22,732 nt of DNA, taken from contig JAUVAX010000007.1 in the NCBI GenBank assembly GCA_030591685.1, positions 62,001-84,732 of the forward strand, given 5' to 3'. The notes under the pieces are model-generated. The model was given only the letters and a program-made list of their open reading frames with translations, was not told where the DNA came from and did not search any database. This stretch comes from Pseudobdellovibrionaceae bacterium. Its GTDB lineage: Bacteria; Bdellovibrionota; Bdellovibrionia; Bdellovibrionales; UBA1609. This document shows positions 17,350-22,732 of this stretch, in pieces. Positions within the stretch are counted from its first letter, which is position 1, and every line of letters starts with the position of its first letter. Position numbers and translations under genes: made by a program.

Positions 17350-19776
17350 ATGAAATTATCTTTAAAGTGGTTAAATGAGTATGTAGATGTTGAGGAGTTT
17401 TTTGAAAACCCTCAGTCTCTTGGAGATATGTTAACAAGGGCCGGCTTAGAGCTTGAGGGCATCGAAAGCCACCGAGACAATTACAAGAACATTGTTATAG
17501 GTAAAATTGTTGAAAAAGCAAAACACCCGGACGCTGATAAGCTGAGCTTATGTAAAGTCGATGTGGGTGACAAAGTAGTGCCTATTGTCTGCGGGGCTAA
17601 AAATCATAACCAAGGGGACTATGTCGTTGCGGCTTTGCCGGGGGCTGTTTTACCTGGGGATTTTAAAATAAAAAAATCAAAAATTCGGGGCGAAGAAAGT
17701 TGCGGTATGCTTTGCTCTGAAAAAGAGCTCGGCTTAAGCGATGAGTCAGCCGGCATTATTACCCTAAAAAAAGCGACCGCAGGGCAGAGCTTTGTAGATC
17801 ATTATGAGTTAAACGACGTAGTTTTTGACTTATCAGTAACGCCTAACCGGGCCGATTGTTTAAGCCATGTTGGGCTGGCTAGAGAGGTCTCTTGTTTATT
17901 AGGCCGACCGTTAAAGTTAAACGAGCCTCAATTTAAAACCTCAAAAGAGAGCACAAAAAAAATAGTGACCCTCTCTTTAGAGGACTCTGGTAACTGCCCC
18001 CGTTATGCGGGACGAGTAATTAGGGGTGTAAAAGTAGGTGCGAGCCCTTTATGGTTACAAAAAAAACTAGAGGCTGTTGATATAAACAGTATAAACAACA
18101 TTGTAGATATCACTAACTTTGTAATGCTTGAGTTAGGGCAGCCACTGCACGCTTTTGATTTAAAGCAGTTGGGTGGGCCTAAGGTTGTGATTTCAAAATC
18201 AAAGCATCAAGAGGCCTTTAAAACTCTTGATGGTACAGAGCTAAAACTGACCGGTGATGAGTTAGTCATTCGAGACAGCCAGGGGCCCATAGCCCTAGCT
18301 GGGGTTATTGGTGGGGTTAACTCTGGAGTGACAGATGAGACTCAAGACCTCTTTTTGGAGTCAGCTCATTTTACTCAAAAAACAGTACGACAAACGGCAA
18401 GACGTTTTGGGATTGAAACAGACTCTAGCTACAGGTTTTCAAGGGGCACAGACCCTGAAGGTGTTGTATTTGCCATGAACCGGGCCTGTGAGTTGATACA
18501 AACTCTTGCCGGAGGTGACGTTGCTGAGGATTTTTATGATGAGTACCCAAAGCCTTTTAAAAAACAGACCATTTTAGTCAACAAGGCTTTTATACAAAGT
18601 AAATTAGGTTACGAGGTGGATGAGTCTGAATTTGAGGACTGGATGAGTCGTTTAGGTTGTGAAGTCTCTGGCAGCGCAAAACAGTGGAAGGTTTTAGTGC
18701 CCACCTATAGGTGGGACTTAAATGAGTCGGTTGACCTTGTTGAAGAGTATGCTCGTTTACATGGCTATGAAAATATACCCGAGTATTTACCAGAGGTTTC
18801 AACGGAGCCCATAGTTAAAGACACTTCCTTTGAGTTAGAGAGGCATGTAGAGTCGATATTGACAACACAGGGCTATATGCAGGCTATGAATTATCATTTT
18901 ATTAACTATAAAGAGCAGGTTGATTTTTTAAAGGCCACAGAGCCGCTCAAAGCCGTTGGGCTTAAAACCACAAGTACTCCAGTGAGGGTTAAAAACCCCC
19001 TTAATGAAGAGTTAGACTCTATGAGGCTGTCACTGTTGCCAGGCTTAACGCGTAACTTAACGCACAACGTGCGCCACGGTAATGAGTTTGGTCGTTTATA
19101 TGAAATAGGGGCTTGTTTTTCTTTTGGGGCTGATAAGGAGTATCAGCAGCATTATAATTTAGCCTTTATGTGCTGGGGGCAAAAAGAGAGCCTCTGGGAA
19201 AAGCCAGCAAGTAGGCCTGTTGTTTACGATTTAAAATCGTCCATTGAAAATATGATGACCCAATTAAATATTAAGAACTTTGAGTGGAGGGGCTTTGATG
19301 CCGCCCCAGACTTTGTTCATCCGGGGCAGTGCTCGGGGCTATTTTGTGAGGGGCAGCTAATAGGTTTTATAGGCTCGATGCACCCCAGCCGATTAAAGAC
19401 TTTAAAAATAAAAGAAGACGTCGCAGTGGCCGAATTAGACTGGGAGCGATTGTTAAGACGACAGCCCCGAGTGTCCAGTTTTGCCCCCTTAAGTAAGTTT
19501 CCGTCTGTAGAGAGGGACTTGGCTTTTGTTATGCCCCAAGGCTTGGCCTCAGTAGCTGTGACAAAAGAAATAAAAAAAGCAGCCGGTGCGCTTTTAGAGG
19601 ATGTACGAGCTTTTGATGTATATAGAGGCGAGCACATAGGTGAAGACGAAAAATGCATATCTTTTAAGCTGCGGTATCAAGATAAAAAGGGAACCTTAAA
19701 CGACGGCCAAATTAAAAAACTACAGCAGGATGTGATAAATAGCGTAACCACTCAGTTGAGTGTGCGAATAAGATAG
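17350..19776 (+). CDS. pheT: Phenylalanine--tRNA ligase beta subunit
   Basis: HPDADKL, IVCGAKN, GMLCSEKELG, TPNRADCLS, GQPLHAFD, DLVEEYARL, FPSVERDLAFV. Confidence 0.98.
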   Translation: MKLSLKWLNEYVDVEEFFENPQSLGDMLTRAGLELEGIESHRDNYKNIVIGKIVEKAKHPDADKLSLCKVDVGDKVVPIVCGAKNHNQGDYVVAALPGAVLPGDFKIKKSKIRGEESCGMLCSEKELGLSDESAGIITLKKATAGQSFVDHYELNDVVFDLSVTPNRADCLSHVGLAREVSCLLGRPLKLNEPQFKTSKESTKKIVTLSLEDSGNCPRYAGRVIRGVKVGASPLWLQKKLEAVDINSINNIVDITNFVMLELGQPLHAFDLKQLGGPKVVISKSKHQEAFKTLDGTELKLTGDELVIRDSQGPIALAGVIGGVNSGVTDETQDLFLESAHFTQKTVRQTARRFGIETDSSYRFSRGTDPEGVVFAMNRACELIQTLAGGDVAEDFYDEYPKPFKKQTILVNKAFIQSKLGYEVDESEFEDWMSRLGCEVSGSAKQWKVLVPTYRWDLNESVDLVEEYARLHGYENIPEYLPEVSTEPIVKDTSFELERHVESILTTQGYMQAMNYHFINYKEQVDFLKATEPLKAVGLKTTSTPVRVKNPLNEELDSMRLSLLPGLTRNLTHNVRHGNEFGRLYEIGACFSFGADKEYQQHYNLAFMCWGQKESLWEKPASRPVVYDLKSSIENMMTQLNIKNFEWRGFDAAPDFVHPGQCSGLFCEGQLIGFIGSMHPSRLKTLKIKEDVAVAELDWERLLRRQPRVSSFAPLSKFPSVERDLAFVMPQGLASVAVTKEIKKAAGALLEDVRAFDVYRGEHIGEDEKCISFKLRYQDKKGTLNDGQIKKLQQDVINSVTTQLSVRIR

Positions 19777-19818
19777 AGGCCTAAAGGCTAGTGCCGCCGC
19801 GCGAAAAAGTAAAAAAAC

Positions 19819-19846
19819 TTGAAAGTTTTCAAGGGCTTGGTAGCCT
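19819..19846 (+). promoter_or_regulatory. Probable ihfA promoter with overlapping near-consensus IHF site
   Basis: TTGAAA-16 bp-TAGCCT with TGn extension; TTTCAAGGGCTTG (19827-19839) differs from WATCAANNNNTTR at one position; A-tract upstream. Confidence 0.5.
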
Positions 19847-19874
19847 AAACTTAGTTTTTTAAGGAGATCTACCT

Positions 19875-20201
19875 ATGGCAGGCCAAGACAAGTCCACAAT
19901 GACTAAAGCAGACATTATAGAGCGTGTTTACGAAAAAATTGGTTTTTCTAAAAAAGAAGCCTGTGAGCTCGTAGAAATGGTTTTCGGTGAACTCAAAAAA
20001 AACCTTTGTGATGGCGAGAAAGTTAAAATATCTGGCTTTGGTAATTTTATAATTAGAGAAAAAAAATCAAGAGTCGGTCGTAACCCTCAAACAGGCGATC
20101 AAATTACGATTAGTGCTCGGCGAGTATTAACCTTTCGCCCAAGCCAAGTCTTAAAAGCTATGCTTAATGGCGAAGATATTTCAGGGATTAAAGAAGATTA
20201 A
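19875..20201 (+). CDS. ihfA: Integration host factor alpha subunit
   Basis: MTKADI, VKISGFGNF, RVGRNPQTG, ISARRVLTFRPSQVLK; directly after pheT; SD AAGGAG. Confidence 0.93.
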   Translation: MAGQDKSTMTKADIIERVYEKIGFSKKEACELVEMVFGELKKNLCDGEKVKISGFGNFIIREKKSRVGRNPQTGDQITISARRVLTFRPSQVLKAMLNGEDISGIKED

Positions 20202-20236
20202 CAGCACAGCCTTTTTTTGAAATAAGGTGAGGGTAT

Positions 20237-20686
20237 ATGGAGATAGAATTAGAGTTTGAGCCTAAAAAAATAATAGCCGTCCCTGTTGGTGAAGAGTCAA
20301 TTTTAAACGAAGAATTACAAAATCAGATAAGCACAATCCCAAACCGTATGGCCTTTAAAATTGGCGAGGTTTCTCAAATGGCCGACGTAAAACCATACGT
20401 TTTAAGGTACTGGGAGGCTGAGTTTGAAGCCTTAAGGCCTAAAAAATCAAAGCACAATCAAAGAGTTTATGAGCGGAAAGACGTAGAGAACGTATTGATT
20501 ATTAAAAAGCTCCTATATAACGATAAATACTCTATTGAGGGGGCACGTGCCGCCCTAAAAAGATACCGTAAGCAAGGTAAAAAAGCACAGGCCTTGTTTG
20601 AGGGTCGAGATGATTTTGAAAAGTTAGTGTTTAGAGCTGAGAGTTTAGTTGAAAAAATAGAAAAATGTTTAAAGTCGGTTTCTTAA
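20237..20686 (+). CDS. MerR-family HTH regulator (ihfA-associated type)
   Basis: FKIGEVSQMADVKPYVLRYWEAEF...LRPKKS...QRVY...IKKLLYNDKYSIEGAR; usual position downstream of ihfA. Confidence 0.9.
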   Translation: MEIELEFEPKKIIAVPVGEESILNEELQNQISTIPNRMAFKIGEVSQMADVKPYVLRYWEAEFEALRPKKSKHNQRVYERKDVENVLIIKKLLYNDKYSIEGARAALKRYRKQGKKAQALFEGRDDFEKLVFRAESLVEKIEKCLKSVS

Positions 20687-20734
20687 GTCGAATCAGTTCC
20701 ATTTGTTAAGTTTTTTATTTAAGGGGGCCTAGAG

Positions 20735-22144
20735 GTGAAGTTTTTTTTTGGAATCGGTGTAGTTTTAATTTCTTTAGCGGCTTTGGCAGAACCTTGGGTT
20801 TCTAATCGTTATGCTCAAAACTGTGCTGGCTGTCACGCTCCAGGTCGATTAAATTTACCCCCTGTAGATCGCAGATGCACTTTGTCTTGTCAGGGTTGTC
20901 ACGTCAACCCTAACGGCGGCGGGCTTCGCAACCAGTACGGTATATGGAACCAACAAAGGTGGCTTAGAAGCTATAAAAATAAAAAATTATTTGGGCATAA
21001 AAGCACTCCAAAGCCTCACAATAAACAGCCTTACATGAAGACTAAACGAAATAAAAAGGGCTATTACCCCGTTAAAAACTTTGTAACAACAAGCAGGGTG
21101 GGAGTAAAAGATTATAAATACACAAATAAAGTTTATAAGGACTGGCATAAGCAGGCTAAAAATAAAAGACACTTTTTAAGTCGTGTTCCAAATGGTGACC
21201 CTTACCGATTAGAGAGAAACTTTGAAACCACTTTTGGTGGTGATTTAAGGCTCATGTACTTAACTAAAAATAGCGGCGTGGACAATAGTGAGTCGGTATT
21301 CTTCCCGATGTCTTTAGACTTAGGGGCGCGTATAAGGCCTACTCGTGAAAAATACTCAGCTGTAGTGGAGGTGAGGTTTGCAAACCCTCCCTCTAATACT
21401 GAGCTAGAGGACCTTTTTGAAACAAGTGCCTTTGTAAGGTCAGCATATCTTATGGCTGACGATTTATGGTACAACACATATGCAATGGCTGGGCTTTTTA
21501 GGCCTATGTTTGGTAACTATAATTCGGATCATCTGTCGTTATCTAATTTAATTACAGGCCTTGGTTACTCGGCTGTTTTTAAGGGGATTGGTGTGGGCAC
21601 GGCCCCCAATGTCCCTTTTGCAAACGTTAATTTAATTCAACCCATGTCTAATACTAACTATGCACAAGACGAGGGTGTCGTAGCTAATTTTGGCGGCCGC
21701 TTTGTGACTTATAGTTTGTCGGCACTTTTATCTTATTGGTCCACTAAAAAACCAGTGCTACCTGCGGGTAACGTTGCAAAAACAGATCTTACGGCAATAG
21801 CACTCGGAGCTAAGTGGAAAAATTTTATATTTAACTTTGAGGCTGTTTTATATGAGTTTCAGGAAATTATTTTAGGTTCTCTTGTTAGAAATAGCGGCAA
21901 CGTATTAACGTCAGAAAATAAATATCGCTTTTGGAGAGAGAATTATTTAGTCCTAAACTATGCCACTTCAAATACTGCAATTGACCATACAAAAGGTAAC
22001 GCCACTCAAGTTATGGGAGGGGTAAAAAGCTATTTATACCCAGGGACCGAGGTTGAATTATTGTTTGTTAATGAAACTGAGGATGACGGCGGAGTTAAAA
22101 CCACGGACTCAAGAACTCAGCTTCAGCTCCATTTATCTTTTTAA
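20735..22144 (+). CDS. Exported di-heme c-type cytochrome fused to a probable outer-membrane beta-barrel
   Basis: Sec signal MKFFFGIGVVLISLAALA; CAGCH (20822-20836) and CQGCH (20888-20902); alternating hydrophobic strands; C-terminal TQLQLHLSF beta-signal ending in Phe; SD AAGGGGG. Confidence 0.75.
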   Translation: MKFFFGIGVVLISLAALAEPWVSNRYAQNCAGCHAPGRLNLPPVDRRCTLSCQGCHVNPNGGGLRNQYGIWNQQRWLRSYKNKKLFGHKSTPKPHNKQPYMKTKRNKKGYYPVKNFVTTSRVGVKDYKYTNKVYKDWHKQAKNKRHFLSRVPNGDPYRLERNFETTFGGDLRLMYLTKNSGVDNSESVFFPMSLDLGARIRPTREKYSAVVEVRFANPPSNTELEDLFETSAFVRSAYLMADDLWYNTYAMAGLFRPMFGNYNSDHLSLSNLITGLGYSAVFKGIGVGTAPNVPFANVNLIQPMSNTNYAQDEGVVANFGGRFVTYSLSALLSYWSTKKPVLPAGNVAKTDLTAIALGAKWKNFIFNFEAVLYEFQEIILGSLVRNSGNVLTSENKYRFWRENYLVLNYATSNTAIDHTKGNATQVMGGVKSYLYPGTEVELLFVNETEDDGGVKTTDSRTQLQLHLSF

Positions 22145-22209
22145 GCGGGCAAATTTAAATAATAATTTTGTTGTAAACTTTGTTTGCAATTGCCCGTTAA
22201 GTGCCTGAA

Positions 22210-22229
22210 ATTAATAATATATTATTAAT
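22210..22229. promoter_or_regulatory. Perfect 20-bp AT palindrome, possible operator
   Basis: ATTAATAATATATTATTAAT equals its own reverse complement; intergenic, upstream of the next gene. Confidence 0.35.
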
Positions 22230-22342
22230 GACTTGCTTCTGAAAAGTGACCTTTTTGGTGACAAATAAATTGTTTAAACACTCGAATAATTGTACATATC
22301 TTATCGTTATTAAGAATATTTAAATATGCTGGGGGGTATATT

Positions 22343-22732
22343 TTGGGGAGAACTTGTCGTGCAGTGGTCGCAGTTTTATTTGTGGCTCTATTATCAACGT
22401 ACTCAATTCATTCATTAGCGGTTCAAAACAGTTCACAAACGAACTGTAAAAATGGTTGTACCGGAAACTCTGGTCAAGGTGTGGGTAATACAGGCCCTGG
22501 CAACCAAGGCAATGACTCAACAAACGGTAATGCCGGTGGTGGGGTAAATCAGGGCGATTTACCTGACGACCCTTATGATGAACCCGACGCAGACTCTGAC
22601 GGCGATACCGGCGGCGATACTGGCGGCGATACTGGCGGTGATACTGGCGGTGATACTGGCGGTGATACTGGCGGTGATACTGGCGGTGATACTGGCGGTG
22701 ATACTGGCGGTGATACTGGCGGTGATACTGGT
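22343..22732 (+). CDS. Secreted Gly/Asn/Asp-rich repeat protein, 3'-truncated (not in ORF track)
   Basis: TTG 6 nt after GGGGGG; translates MGRTCRAVVAVLFVALLSTYSIHSLAVQNSSQTNCKNGCTGNSGQGVGNTGPGNQGNDSTNGNAGGGVNQGDLPDDPYDEPDADSD(GDTG)11 with no stop before the window end. Confidence 0.8.
   Translation, partial: MGRTCRAVVAVLFVALLSTYSIHSLAVQNSSQTNCKNGCTGNSGQGVGNTGPGNQGNDSTNGNAGGGVNQGDLPDDPYDEPDADSDGDTGGDTGGDTGGDTGGDTGGDTGGDTGGDTGGDTGGDTGGDTG
22601..22732 (+). repeat. 12-bp tandem repeat GGYGATACTGGC, 11 copies, encoding GDTG
   Basis: Unit 1 ggcgataccggc; units 2-3 ggcgatactggc; units 4-10 ggtgatactggc; unit 11 ggtgatactggt; runs to the window end. Confidence 0.97.

Noticed and set aside
20687..20734. 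tRNA-Pro often found after ihfA-merR
   Set aside because: Only 48 bp, with no tRNA motifs.
229..21477. Short ORF-track calls overlapping major genes (e.g. 229-537, 8289-8528, 9231-9455, 12033-12350, 15745-15990, 19317-19658, 21202-21477)
   Set aside because: Shadow ORFs on or opposite well-supported genes, with no recognisable motifs.
22320..22523. Minus-strand 67-aa ORF from the track
   Set aside because: Antisense to a better + strand ORF that has an RBS and signal peptide.
22601..22732. CRISPR array
   Set aside because: Contiguous 12-bp in-frame units without spacers; no cas genes.

Overview
Bacterial chromosomal window, nearly all genes on the + strand. Gene content and order suggest a Bdellovibrionota/delta-proteobacterial-like organism (inference only). 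In order: (1) an Alternative Complex III operon (5'-truncated actB, then actC, actD, actE, actF); (2) thrS, infC (AUU start missed by the ORF track), rpmI, rplT; (3) a five-gene lower mevalonate cluster (type-2 IDI, class II HMG-CoA reductase, two GHMP kinases, diphosphomevalonate decarboxylase; no HMG-CoA synthase) and an antisense TrmH-family methyltransferase, inserted between rplT and pheS; (4) pheS, pheT, ihfA and a MerR-family regulator; (5) an exported protein with two CxxCH motifs fused to a probable outer-membrane beta-barrel (Cyc2-like architecture); (6) an uncalled secreted protein with a (GDTG)n tandem repeat running off the window end. The most interesting signals are the di-heme cytochrome-porin fusion and an unannotated Phe-rich 15-codon leader (MGHLSFRGFFLFCSV, PheM-like) with mutually exclusive hairpins before pheS. 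No tRNA, rRNA, CRISPR array or mobile element was seen. All calls come from reading motifs by eye; no searches were run.
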